A DNA stretch of 64,000 bases from a virus (taxonomy: Duplodnaviria > Caudoviricetes): the IMG/VR virus record IMGVR_UViG_3300020577_010882, positions 225 to 64,224 of that record; one strand, 5' to 3'. Both the position numbers and the translations under genes were made by a program. Below, piece by piece: positions 1 through 9,656 of the stretch. How positions within the stretch are numbered: position 1 is the stretch's first letter; every line of letters begins with the position of its first letter. The notes beneath the pieces were generated by a model. It was not told the DNA's origin. It did not search any database and was given only the letters and a program-made list of their open reading frames with translations.

Positions 1-2
1 CC

Positions 3-3000
3 GCCCCGGGCACGACCATCGACAAGGCGTCCGGCGCCCCGCTCGCGAACCTCGACGCGATCTGGCAGACCGCCACCTCGCGCCCGGCCGTGGTCTCGAC
101 CATCGAGCAAGCGATTGCACAGAGCACCGGGATCTCGCGCGCCGAGAAGGTGGACGCGATCATGCTCGCCCGGGAGATGGAGGCCGACCCGAAGGCCATC
201 CTCGACTTCAAGCAGTTCGTCGCCGCTCGCCCGGCGCTCCTCCAGACCGTCGAGAAGGTAGCGGCGGAGAACGCCAAGCTCGGCGGCACCACGGCCGCCA
301 CGAGCGCGCCTGCCGCCACCCCCGCGGCAACCCCCGCCGACGCGTCCAGCGCCGCGCCTGCGCCCGCCACGCCCGCCGCAGCGGCGCTCGCGGACCTTCC
401 CCCTTCCCCGACCACCGACAAGGCCGCCGCGTTCGAGGCTGCCGAGCGTGCTGCACAGCAGCAGCGTGATCGCGAGATCGACGCCCTGCGCCGCGACGCC
501 GTCGAGACCCGGTACGAGCAGGAGCTTGCGCGCGCGGAAGCCGCAGGCTCCGGGCTTCAGCCCGGGCACCAGACCACGATGGAGGCGGCGCTCGGCGGAG
601 CGAAGATCCTCGGCAAGGACGCCGGCTCCCTGTCGGATGGCTCCCTGAAACTGCTTTCGGAGAAGGGTGCGCCGGAGGCTCGCGCCGCCGCGCGCGCGGA
701 GATCGCGCGCCGGGAGGAGCAGCGCCGAGCGGCCGACGCGATGGCGAACGAGGGCGGCCGTCCGCTCTACTCGCAGGCCGCGGCGTTCGAGCGCCTGCGC
801 GCGCAGCACAGCCGCGCAGACGGCGTGACCGGCGAGGAGTCGGTGCCGATGAACCTCGTGCCGCGCGAGCGCGCGCCGCGGTGGGCACAGCGCGCGGCGG
901 ATCTGCTTGCGGGCGCGTTCGGCAAGCAGGTGGTGTTCGTCGATGCCGACCCGAAGAAGTACGAGGGGTCGATGTTCATGGACGACCCGGGCACGGTCTA
1001 CGTGAACGTGAACGCGAATCGCTCGGTGCGTCGCGTGATCGGGCACGAACTGCTGCACACGCTGCGCCGCACGAACCCCGACGTGTACAAGCGCCTGCTG
1101 AAGGCGGTCTCGCGCGCGGTGGACCCGAAGGCTGCGGGCGAGCGCTACTCGAAGGTGTACGCCGACTACGTGTCGCGCTTCGGCACGGAGAAGGGCGTCG
1201 ATCTTCAGGTGGAGGAGATGGTCGCCGACATCTTCGGCGACCAGATGGACAATCCGCGCTTCTGGTACGACGTGTACCGCGCGATGGGCGAGGGGCGCGC
1301 GAAGTCGCTGATGCGCGCCATCGGCGTTGCGCTCGACGCGATGCGGATGAAGCTGCGCGTCGGCGCGAAGGGCGGCTACGACACGGCGGCGTTCGTGACG
1401 AACATCGAGGCCGTGCGCAAGGCGAGCGCGAGCGCGTACGCCGAATGGACGAAGGACGGCAGCCCCGCGCTCACCGCGGCCGAGGCTGCGGCGCTGGAGT
1501 CGCGCGCCGATGGTGCAGCGCCCGGGCCTTCGAGCGACGGGCTGAAGAAGTTCGCCGAGCGCCTGAAGGGCGAGGTGAAGGAGAAGACGGCCGGCATCCA
1601 CGCCGACGTGGCGATCTTCCGTGCGCAGGGTCGCTACAAGTACGACAAGGGCGACATCGTGATGGGCAGCAACGGTCGCTCGTGGGAGATCGTGACGCAG
1701 TACGCCACGCACGAGGGATCGTCTCGCGGCCCCATCGTGCCGGCCTACATCCTGAAGAGCACGGACGGCGAGGTGACGCGCACGTCCGTGATGGCCGACC
1801 CGTGGAAGAACTTCCGCGGCGAGCGGCGCCCGGGATTCCACGAAACGTCGTCGCTGCTCGTGCGGGCCGGGACGAAGGAGTCGCTCGACTCGAAGCCCGG
1901 ACGGCGTGACGTGACCGAGACGCCGGAGTTCAAGAAGTGGTTCGGCGACTCGAAGGTGGTGGACGCCGAGGGCAGGCCGCTCGTCGTGTATCACGGGACG
2001 CACTCGGACATCACCGCATTCAGCAAGCGGTTCGCCGGGTCCAACACTCCGAACTCTGGAATGTACGGCACGGCTCCGGGGTACTTCACGGCCAGCGCAT
2101 CTCACGCATCCGGGTATGCAGAGGGGCCAACGCATCGGCAACCTATGCACGAAGGCGCGAACGTGATGCCGGTGTACCTGTCGATCAAGAACCCGTTCGT
2201 CGTGGACTCCGGTGTTCTGGACGGGGCGGTGCGGAAGCTGGCGGGGCGCAATGGTGACGCGCTGGTGGCGCAACTAAAGGACGCTGGATACGACGGGGTT
2301 ATCGTCAGCAACACACGCGATCAGCAAGGCGATGCCGGCAAGTTCTTCGAGGTCATCCCGTTCTCTTCTGAGCAGATCAAGTCCGCCACCGGCAACCGCG
2401 GCACGTTCGACGCGGGCGACGACAACATCCTGCACTCGCGTCCGTCCTTCTCGAAGTTCGCGAAGGGTCTTCCGCGTGACGAGGAAGGCAACATCGTCGG
2501 ATCCGGCGGCAGGGACACGCGCAGCCTGTGGAACCTCGTGCAGCGCCTCGAAGCGGACGCACGCGAGGGCGAGCGCGGTCGCGCGTGGTATCGCGAATCG
2601 GCGAAGGAGATCCTCAAGGCGTTCAACGGAGACGTGCGCTCGGCCGAGCGCTTCGCGCAACTGATCGCCATCACATCCGCGCACACCGAGGTGCGGCCGA
2701 ACTTCACCGCTGCCGAGAAGGCGCTGATCCAGTTCGCGGCCGGCGAGCCGATCCACGTCGGCGTGAAGATGGTGGATCAGAAGGTGAACGACCTCCTGTA
2801 CTTCGGTGTCGAGTGGGAGGGCCGGAAGACCAACAACTTCTACAACACGATCATGGCGGAGATCACCGGGCAGAAGTCCGGCGAGACCGTCGTGGACATG
2901 CACCACGCGCGCGACATCGTGGGGCACACCTCGCCGTCGCCGGCCGAGTACGCGTTCATCGACTCCGTCTTCAAGCACGTCGCGAAGCGCATGCGCTGGC

Positions 3001-6000
3001 CGGCGCACGAGACGCAGGCGGCGATTTGGGTGGCGACGAAGGCGCGCTACCTGCTCGACAAGTACAAGGCGCGCGGCTGGCACTCCTCGAAGTCGGAGGC
3101 AGCAAAGCGCGAGATGGCGCTTGCCGAGGCGGGGATCCACTACGGCGACATCGCGCGTGCGCGCTGGTCGATGTTCGGGCCGGACGTGAAGTCGTTCGAG
3201 TCGAGCGAGGAGACGCAGGCGCGCGGCGTGAAGGTCACGGCCGAGGTGAAGCCCACCACGAAGCTCGACATCGGCAAGGCGGTGGCGCACCTGTCGATGA
3301 CGAAGGCGCAGGAGTACCAGAAGGACGCGCTGCGCAGCGTCTTCGGCGCGAAGGGCGTGGATGCGTTCTTCGAGGCAATGGGCCTCGACCGCACGCAGTA
3401 CCGCGTGGTCGAAGGCGCGGGCGGCTACGAAGGCATGACCGCGCCGAACGCGGTGGTCACGCTCAACGTGGACGCCGACACCGCCGAGCGCGTGGCGAAG
3501 GCGTGGATGTACATCTTCCGTCAGGACGCGGTGCCGTTCTTCCGCGCCGACGCGAAGCTGATCGACGACGCCAACGCAGCGCAGGGCGTGCTGATCGAGT
3601 TCAAGGACAAGCTCACGAACCCGAAGCTGCGCGAGGCGTTCGACGCGCTGCGCGCCGAGGTCGATCCGGGCATCGGCTTCACGCGCGTGTCCGAGCGCGA
3701 GATCGCGGTCATCAACTTCCGCGGCGACGACGGCAAGCCGTTCCTCATGGACGACGCTGCGTTCTACAACCGCTTGGACGATGCGCTTGACCGCGGCGTT
3801 CTCGCTGCTAAGATTGCATCGCGTTCGCGATTCGGCGCAGAGACGAGGTATCCCTACCATGACTGGCAAGAAGACAACTCGGGGCAAGGACTCCTTCCCG
3901 CCGCTGCGGGAGGATCACCCGCTGTACAACAGCGGCTTCGTCGTTGGGCAGACGTTTTCGGGCGCTTCGCCGAAGGACGTGCAGAAGATGCGCGACGCGC
4001 AGGCGGCGAACTCCGCTCCGCCCCGGCAGTTGACCGAGGACGAGATTCAGGCGGAACTCAAGAAGATGCGCGAGCAGGGGTTCGGGACGGTCGAGCAGTC
4101 GATGGCCGAGGAGATTCTGCGCGGGCTGGAGGGCAAGCCGAAGGGCAACGCCTAGCCGAGGGCTACGCCGGCAACGCGGCCGAAGGCACGCCGCGGATCT
4201 CCGTCCGGCCGCGCCATCCAGACGCAGTGACCGTGGTGGGCTACCACTACGGCGCAGACACCAACGAGCTTCACGGCGAGCGCTTCGGCACCGGGGCGCC
4301 TTCCGCCGAGTCTCGCGGCGTCGCGATCAAGAAGCGGATCTACTTCTACCCGCAGCGCACTCCCGGCGCGATGCCGGAGTCCGAGCGCGTGGTGACTGGC
4401 GAGCACGTGTCGCGAGCGGTCCTCACGAACCTGTACGACACGTGGGTTGATCCAGTGATCGCGAAGGCGACTAAGGATCTGCATGGTGGCGCATTCAACT
4501 TCAACACTTTCGAGCGCCTCGTGGTGGAGGCTGGATACGACGGGTACATCTCCCGCGGGCGCCCTCCAGATGGCGGCGTCGTCCTGCTCAACGTTGATCG
4601 CGTACCCGTCGAGCCGCTCGGCAAGCGCGCGGACGCGGCGAAGATCGTCGAGCGCATGGACTCTCGTCCGGCGGTTGTGGACGATGTCGCGGTCGCCGCG
4701 CGCGGCCACGCCGCAACCGAAGGTCAGCGCTCGGCCGGCAACTACGAGAAGGCGCACGTCAAGGTCGGCGGCCTCGACATCAGCATCGAGAACCGCGCCG
4801 GCACGAAGCGTCGCCCGGAGTGGCCCACGCTCAACGCGCACTACGGCTACATCAAGCGCACCGAGGATCGCACGGGCGAGCACATCGACGTGTTCGTGAA
4901 GCCGGGCACGCCGCTCGACTACAAGGGCGACGTGTTCGTCGTGGACACCAACACGCAGTCGAATCGCCCGGACGAGTACAAGGTGCTGGTCGGATGGGAC
5001 GATCTGCGCGCGGCGAAGAAGGACTTCCTCGCCAACTACACGAAGGACTGGAACGGCCTGCACGCGATCACGCGCTTTGACTCGATGGACGAGTTCAAGG
5101 CGTGGCTCGCCAACGGCGACACGAAGAGGCGCGTCGAGGGGCAGGCGCTCGACTCGCGCTCGACGGTGACGAGCACGCCGGAGTTCAAGCGCTGGTTCGG
5201 CGACTCGAAGGTGGTGGACGCCGAGGGCAGGCCGCTCGTCGTCTACCACGGCACCGGGGACGACTTCGGCGCGTTCAAGGTCTGGAGCCACTTCGGCTCG
5301 ACCGGCGCCGCGAACGAGCGCGCGATGCTGCCCTCGAACGAGCGGCGCAACGCGAACGTGATGCCGGTGTACCTGTCGATCAAGAACCCGCTGCGTATCA
5401 AGGACGTGGATGCGGACCCGAGCCGTTTCATCGCGGCGTGGGCCGGCGGCAAGATGCCGGAACTCGGGCCTCTGCCCAAGGAGTTGTCCGTGTCCGGCCG
5501 GCGCGAGCGGTACGCCGCGTGGAACAACTCGACCGACAGTCTCGTGCGCTTCTTGGAGGAGCGCGGATACGACGGTCTCGTGTACCAGAACGAGATCGAG
5601 GACGCAGGCCACGAGTCGTGGGTGGCGTTCCGTCCGTCGCAGGTGAAGTCCGTCTTCAACCGCGGCTCGTTCGATGCGGGAAGCGACAACGCGCTGGACT
5701 CGCGCGCGCGCGCGGTTGACGTGCCGATGAGCGTGGACGACCTGACCGACCTCGACTTCACGGATCCCAACAGCGATTTTGTGTCCAATCCTAGCCCATT
5801 CGAGGCGCAGTACCTTCCGTTCGACGACGAACTCGGCAACGAGGGTCCGTACACGATCACGTGGGCGCAGCAGCCGCGCAATGGGACGTGGATCTCCGAG
5901 ACCGCCGATGGTCGCTACCAGATCGTGCCGGACAACGGCTACTACATGGCCGAGGTGGATGGCCGCGAGGTAAGCTCGCACCGCACGCGCCGCGCCGCGA

Positions 6001-9000
6001 TCCAAGCGCTGAACCAGCGCCTCCAGAAGGACATCGCTGCCGGCACCGTGCGCGACCCGTTCGCCGCCAAGCTCGTCACGCTCCAGTACGAGCGAGATGC
6101 CGTCGAGCGCGTCGTCAGCGGGTGGGAGCGCATCGCCAAGATCCCGAGCATCTTCCGCAACCGCTTCTCGGTGAGCAAGAAGCTCGCCGATGTCATTCAG
6201 GCATTCGACAAGCAGAATCGTCTCGTCAGCGTGGACGTGGCGCAGGCCGATCAGGAGGGCATGCAGTACGAGATCAAGTTCAAGTCGATGCCCGGAGACG
6301 ACAAGACGATCAGCGCATTCCTGCACGTGTCGCACGTGCACAAGGAGGCGTACCTCGACATCTCCGCTGCCGATAAGGGTACGCAGGCGGGGTCGTTCAT
6401 CTACCCGGCGGTGTTTAATTGGGTGAAGAACAACGACTACAAGCTCGTGCCAGACCCGAACGGGCTGTCGAACATCAACACCTATCGCCGCACCGAGCAG
6501 ATGATCTCCGCCACGCTGAAGCTCGGCGGCACGGACTTCATGCGCCCGCACCCTGACCAGCGCCTCTACGGATGGGTGGACGACGTGAAGTCGAGGAACG
6601 ATCACGAGAAGAACGTCGCGATCATGCTCATCACCTCGATGCGCTCGGTGCAGGAGAAGATCCCGAAGGTGAAGGACTACGAGTTCGACTTCGACCGCAT
6701 GCGGTTCACGAAGAACGGATACGTCGTCCCGGCGAAGGAGATCCAAGCCTTCGCCACGGAGCGCGTGCGCTACAACTACGGCATGGGGCCTGCGACCATC
6801 GCGCGCGCCATCATCACGCAGTCGCTCATCGACAACCCGCAAGCGCTCAAGGAGATGAACGCGTCTAAGGCGCTGCCCTCGATCCTGACGAAGCCGGAGG
6901 AGGTCGCGCCGCTCGCGCTGTACTCGCAGCCTGCCGGCGCTGAAGGTGATCGCCCCGGCGCGGCGAAGCGCGCTGCGCTCGGCGCCGCGCGCGCGGCCGT
7001 GACCGCCGGTCGCCCGGTCGGCATGGCGCTCGACCTGACGAACCGCGTCATGGATCTGGCCGCGCAGATCCCCGGGCGCGTGGTGCTGCCGATCACCTCC
7101 CGGGCCTACGACCGCGTGACGGCGTGGAACCGAGACTTCTGGAAGGGCGGCGAGATCCGCCAGCAGATCGCGCACGGCATGGTCGCGGACTACGGCTTGC
7201 CCGAGCCGTACCTCGAACGCCGTGACGACCGCGAGATCGAGATCCAGAAGGTGCTGCGGCGCTCGAAGGAGGTCGTGGACCGCATCGCCTCGCTCGATCA
7301 CGCCGAGTCGCGCGTCGCGTACCTGTGGATGAACGAGAAGCCGGACACCGCCGAGGAGCAGCGGCTCCTCGCGATGCTGCCGGCGGAGTCGCGCGCGACG
7401 CTGGCCGAGATGAAGCAGATGATCGACGACCTCGGGCAGGAAGCGGTGCGCCTCGGCCTCCTCTCGCAGGAGTCCTACGAGCGCAACCACATGGCGTACC
7501 TGCATCGCTCGTACAAGAAGTACGAGGTCGAGAACCCGCAGGCGGTGGCGTCCTCCGCGCGCGCGAAGGCGCTGCGCGCCGAGACCTACCGCGGTCGTGG
7601 CTTGCGCGACGACGTGTCGCTGGAGCGCGTGCCCGGTGCGCAGAGGGGCGACCACTACGTGCGGCTGGAGAAGCGAAAGGGCGGCACCGCGGAGAAGCTC
7701 GGCATGCTGGAGCGTGTCGTCTACATCGCCGCCGGGCATCCGATCCCGCCCGCGTACGCCGGCTGGAGGAACGACGGCGTGTGGGAGGCGCGCTTCACCG
7801 ACCGCGAGGGCAGCGTCGGCATGTGGCGCGACCTCACGCCGGATGAGCGCCAGCGCCTCGGCGAGATCGAGGAGGTGCGCTACGCATTCGCGCGCACGAT
7901 GATCGCGCAGATTCAGGACATCGAGACGGCGAAGTTCCTCGCGTGGGTCGGGGCCAACTACTCCGTCGCCGACGAGGCGGCAGTGGCGGAGAAGGGCGGC
8001 GTCGTCGCCGACACGTCCGACAGCATGGTCACGCTGAAGACCTACGCCGACAACGAGTGGGTGCAGGTGCCGGGCACCGTGGCGCAGGGCACGCGCCTCT
8101 ACAAGTACGGCGCGATCCAGAGCCGCTACATCCCGGGGCACATCTGGAACGACATCCGCGCGACGATCAACTCGCGCTCGTCGTCGAACGTGTGGCGTCT
8201 CTACGACGAGTTGCTGAAGGGCTGGAAGGTCGCGAAGACCGCGCTCTCGCCTGCCGTGCACACGAACAACGTGATGTCGAACTTCATCCTCGCGGATCTG
8301 GCCGAGGTGTCGCACAAGAACCTCGCGCAAGCGCTGCGCACGATGATCGACGCAGAAGCCGGAAACGAGACCGCGCGCGCCGTACTCACGCGCTATCTAG
8401 ACTCCGGCGCCGAACTCGGTACGCCAGCGCTGCACGAGCTTCGTCGCGAGGTGATCGAGCCGATCCTCGCCAAGCTGCAAGGCGAGGAGAGCGAGACGCT
8501 CGCGAGCCTGTCCCTGATCCAAGCGCTCGCCCTTGCCGCGCGCGGCAACGTGCGGCAGGCGCTCGCCGGGGCCTCGAACTGGAAGATGTCGAAGGCGGCC
8601 AAGTGGCCCTTCGAGGTGATGATGTCGGCGTACGGGCTGGAGGATTCGGTCTTCCGCTTCGCCAAGTGGCTGAAGGAAACCGATGGCGGCAAGGACGACC
8701 GCACCGCCGCGAAGGAGGCGCGCGCCGCGTTCCTCGACTACCGCATCAACGCGCCGTGGATCCAAGCGCTGCGCCGCGGACCGTTCCCGTTCCTCGCGTT
8801 CACCTACCGCGTGGTGCCCATCCTCGCGGACGCGGCGGCCAACAAGCCGTGGAAGCTGATGAAGTACGCCGCCGCCGGCTACGCCGTGAACGCGCTCGCG
8901 TACGCGATGCTCGGCCTCGGCGGAAGCGACGAGGACAAGGAGCGCGCACTGCTGCCCGACGAGAAGCAGGGCGTCACCATCCTCGGCACGCCGCGCCTCG

Positions 9001-9656
9001 TACGCATGCCGTGGAACGACGAGCACGGCTCCCCCGTCTTCCTCGACATCCGCCGCTGGATCCCGGGCGGAGACCTGATCGACGTGAACGGATCGCACTC
9101 GGCGATCCCGCTGCCGCAGTGGCTCTCGCTCGGCGGCTTCTTCGGCCTCGGCATGGAGATGATGTCGAACAAGAACTCCTTCACCGGCAAGGAAATCTGG
9201 AAGGAGTCCGACACCATCGCCGAGCGTACGTCGAAGGTGTTCGATCACCTGTTCCGCTTTATGGCGCCGAACGTGCCGCTCCCGAACCCGCTCGGGTACG
9301 CTCTCGACGCAGCGGTGGTGGAGAACGGCATGCTCCAGACCTACTCGTGGCGCGCGATCCAAGCCGCGGACACGGGCGTCACCGACGACTTCGGCCGCGA
9401 GAAGAGCCTGCCGCAGTCGGTGGCGTCGGCGGTGGGCGTGAAGCTCTCGGCCTACCCGGAAGATCAGCTTCGCCGCAACCTCATCCAGAAGCGCGACGCG
9501 GAACTGCGCGACAACTCCGAGACCACCAGCCGCTACAAGCGCGAGGCGCGACGCGGCGGCCTCACGATGGAGGAACTGGAGGCACGGCTCAAGAAGCAGA
9601 ACGACAAGGCGCAGGAGATCCGCGAGCGCTACGGCAAGCGGATCAGCCAGCCCTGA
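3..9656 (+). CDS. Giant polyvalent virion/ejection protein, 5'-partial: zincin peptidase (HELLH..EE, ~880-1400), ART-PolyVal-like x2 (~1910-2440, ~5160-5700), HhH-GPD-like domain (~2570-3050), third ART-like domain (~4225-4600), inorganic pyrophosphatase (~4720-5140), GNAT-like domain (~6250-6600), helical C-terminal region
   Basis: Frame is open from nt 3 to TGA at 9656 (>3200 codons). Motifs: VIGHELLH; WFGDSKVVDAEGRPLVVYHGT twice; GNYEKAHV...HYGYIKRT...EHIDVFV...DEYKVLVG. Confidence 0.9.
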   Translation, partial: APGTTIDKASGAPLANLDAIWQTATSRPAVVSTIEQAIAQSTGISRAEKVDAIMLAREMEADPKAILDFKQFVAARPALLQTVEKVAAENAKLGGTTAATSAPAATPAATPADASSAAPAPATPAAAALADLPPSPTTDKAAAFEAAERAAQQQRDREIDALRRDAVETRYEQELARAEAAGSGLQPGHQTTMEAALGGAKILGKDAGSLSDGSLKLLSEKGAPEARAAARAEIARREEQRRAADAMANEGGRPLYSQAAAFERLRAQHSRADGVTGEESVPMNLVPRERAPRWAQRAADLLAGAFGKQVVFVDADPKKYEGSMFMDDPGTVYVNVNANRSVRRVIGHELLHTLRRTNPDVYKRLLKAVSRAVDPKAAGERYSKVYADYVSRFGTEKGVDLQVEEMVADIFGDQMDNPRFWYDVYRAMGEGRAKSLMRAIGVALDAMRMKLRVGAKGGYDTAAFVTNIEAVRKASASAYAEWTKDGSPALTAAEAAALESRADGAAPGPSSDGLKKFAERLKGEVKEKTAGIHADVAIFRAQGRYKYDKGDIVMGSNGRSWEIVTQYATHEGSSRGPIVPAYILKSTDGEVTRTSVMADPWKNFRGERRPGFHETSSLLVRAGTKESLDSKPGRRDVTETPEFKKWFGDSKVVDAEGRPLVVYHGTHSDITAFSKRFAGSNTPNSGMYGTAPGYFTASASHASGYAEGPTHRQPMHEGANVMPVYLSIKNPFVVDSGVLDGAVRKLAGRNGDALVAQLKDAGYDGVIVSNTRDQQGDAGKFFEVIPFSSEQIKSATGNRGTFDAGDDNILHSRPSFSKFAKGLPRDEEGNIVGSGGRDTRSLWNLVQRLEADAREGERGRAWYRESAKEILKAFNGDVRSAERFAQLIAITSAHTEVRPNFTAAEKALIQFAAGEPIHVGVKMVDQKVNDLLYFGVEWEGRKTNNFYNTIMAEITGQKSGETVVDMHHARDIVGHTSPSPAEYAFIDSVFKHVAKRMRWPAHETQAAIWVATKARYLLDKYKARGWHSSKSEAAKREMALAEAGIHYGDIARARWSMFGPDVKSFESSEETQARGVKVTAEVKPTTKLDIGKAVAHLSMTKAQEYQKDALRSVFGAKGVDAFFEAMGLDRTQYRVVEGAGGYEGMTAPNAVVTLNVDADTAERVAKAWMYIFRQDAVPFFRADAKLIDDANAAQGVLIEFKDKLTNPKLREAFDALRAEVDPGIGFTRVSEREIAVINFRGDDGKPFLMDDAAFYNRLDDALDRGVLAAKIASRSRFGAETRYPYHDWQEDNSGQGLLPAAAGGSPAVQQRLRRWADVFGRFAEGRAEDARRAGGELRSAPAVDRGRDSGGTQEDARAGVRDGRAVDGRGDSARAGGQAEGQRLAEGYAGNAAEGTPRISVRPRHPDAVTVVGYHYGADTNELHGERFGTGAPSAESRGVAIKKRIYFYPQRTPGAMPESERVVTGEHVSRAVLTNLYDTWVDPVIAKATKDLHGGAFNFNTFERLVVEAGYDGYISRGRPPDGGVVLLNVDRVPVEPLGKRADAAKIVERMDSRPAVVDDVAVAARGHAATEGQRSAGNYEKAHVKVGGLDISIENRAGTKRRPEWPTLNAHYGYIKRTEDRTGEHIDVFVKPGTPLDYKGDVFVVDTNTQSNRPDEYKVLVGWDDLRAAKKDFLANYTKDWNGLHAITRFDSMDEFKAWLANGDTKRRVEGQALDSRSTVTSTPEFKRWFGDSKVVDAEGRPLVVYHGTGDDFGAFKVWSHFGSTGAANERAMLPSNERRNANVMPVYLSIKNPLRIKDVDADPSRFIAAWAGGKMPELGPLPKELSVSGRRERYAAWNNSTDSLVRFLEERGYDGLVYQNEIEDAGHESWVAFRPSQVKSVFNRGSFDAGSDNALDSRARAVDVPMSVDDLTDLDFTDPNSDFVSNPSPFEAQYLPFDDELGNEGPYTITWAQQPRNGTWISETADGRYQIVPDNGYYMAEVDGREVSSHRTRRAAIQALNQRLQKDIAAGTVRDPFAAKLVTLQYERDAVERVVSGWERIAKIPSIFRNRFSVSKKLADVIQAFDKQNRLVSVDVAQADQEGMQYEIKFKSMPGDDKTISAFLHVSHVHKEAYLDISAADKGTQAGSFIYPAVFNWVKNNDYKLVPDPNGLSNINTYRRTEQMISATLKLGGTDFMRPHPDQRLYGWVDDVKSRNDHEKNVAIMLITSMRSVQEKIPKVKDYEFDFDRMRFTKNGYVVPAKEIQAFATERVRYNYGMGPATIARAIITQSLIDNPQALKEMNASKALPSILTKPEEVAPLALYSQPAGAEGDRPGAAKRAALGAARAAVTAGRPVGMALDLTNRVMDLAAQIPGRVVLPITSRAYDRVTAWNRDFWKGGEIRQQIAHGMVADYGLPEPYLERRDDREIEIQKVLRRSKEVVDRIASLDHAESRVAYLWMNEKPDTAEEQRLLAMLPAESRATLAEMKQMIDDLGQEAVRLGLLSQESYERNHMAYLHRSYKKYEVENPQAVASSARAKALRAETYRGRGLRDDVSLERVPGAQRGDHYVRLEKRKGGTAEKLGMLERVVYIAAGHPIPPAYAGWRNDGVWEARFTDREGSVGMWRDLTPDERQRLGEIEEVRYAFARTMIAQIQDIETAKFLAWVGANYSVADEAAVAEKGGVVADTSDSMVTLKTYADNEWVQVPGTVAQGTRLYKYGAIQSRYIPGHIWNDIRATINSRSSSNVWRLYDELLKGWKVAKTALSPAVHTNNVMSNFILADLAEVSHKNLAQALRTMIDAEAGNETARAVLTRYLDSGAELGTPALHELRREVIEPILAKLQGEESETLASLSLIQALALAARGNVRQALAGASNWKMSKAAKWPFEVMMSAYGLEDSVFRFAKWLKETDGGKDDRTAAKEARAAFLDYRINAPWIQALRRGPFPFLAFTYRVVPILADAAANKPWKLMKYAAAGYAVNALAYAMLGLGGSDEDKERALLPDEKQGVTILGTPRLVRMPWNDEHGSPVFLDIRRWIPGGDLIDVNGSHSAIPLPQWLSLGGFFGLGMEMMSNKNSFTGKEIWKESDTIAERTSKVFDHLFRFMAPNVPLPNPLGYALDAAVVENGMLQTYSWRAIQAADTGVTDDFGREKSLPQSVASAVGVKLSAYPEDQLRRNLIQKRDAELRDNSETTSRYKREARRGGLTMEELEARLKKQNDKAQEIRERYGKRISQP
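1920..2195 (+). repeat. ART cassette 1 flanks, identical to ART cassette 2 flanks
   Basis: 1938-1987 = 5193-5242 (50 nt); 1920-1934 = 5175-5189 (15 nt); 2156-2195 = 5351-5390 (40 nt). Confidence 0.95.
3859..4155 (+). CDS. 98-aa gene overprinted in the +1 frame inside the giant gene
   Basis: GAGGT at 3845-3849 lies 9 nt before ATG 3859. Codons are phage-typical (aag/gac/gag/ttc/ccg), while the host frame becomes A-ending and R/G/A/D-rich. Confidence 0.75.
   Translation: MTGKKTTRGKDSFPPLREDHPLYNSGFVVGQTFSGASPKDVQKMRDAQAANSAPPRQLTEDEIQAELKKMREQGFGTVEQSMAEEILRGLEGKPKGNA
5175..5390 (+). repeat. ART cassette 2 flanks, identical to ART cassette 1 flanks
   Basis: Same blocks as 1920-2195; the enclosed cores are 108 nt vs 168 nt and dissimilar. 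Confidence 0.95.

Noticed and set aside
448-7902. Additional nested +1-frame genes in the giant ORF (448, 2332, 2806, 4483, 5410, 5779, 6190, 7597)
   Set aside because: Off-frame S/R/T/A-rich composition with no SD; the main frame keeps normal codon bias there
4152-8330. 1392-aa minus-strand ORF and many other long antisense or alternate-frame ORFs
   Set aside because: R/V/A/L/G-rich shadow translations of GC-biased genes, with no motifs or RBS
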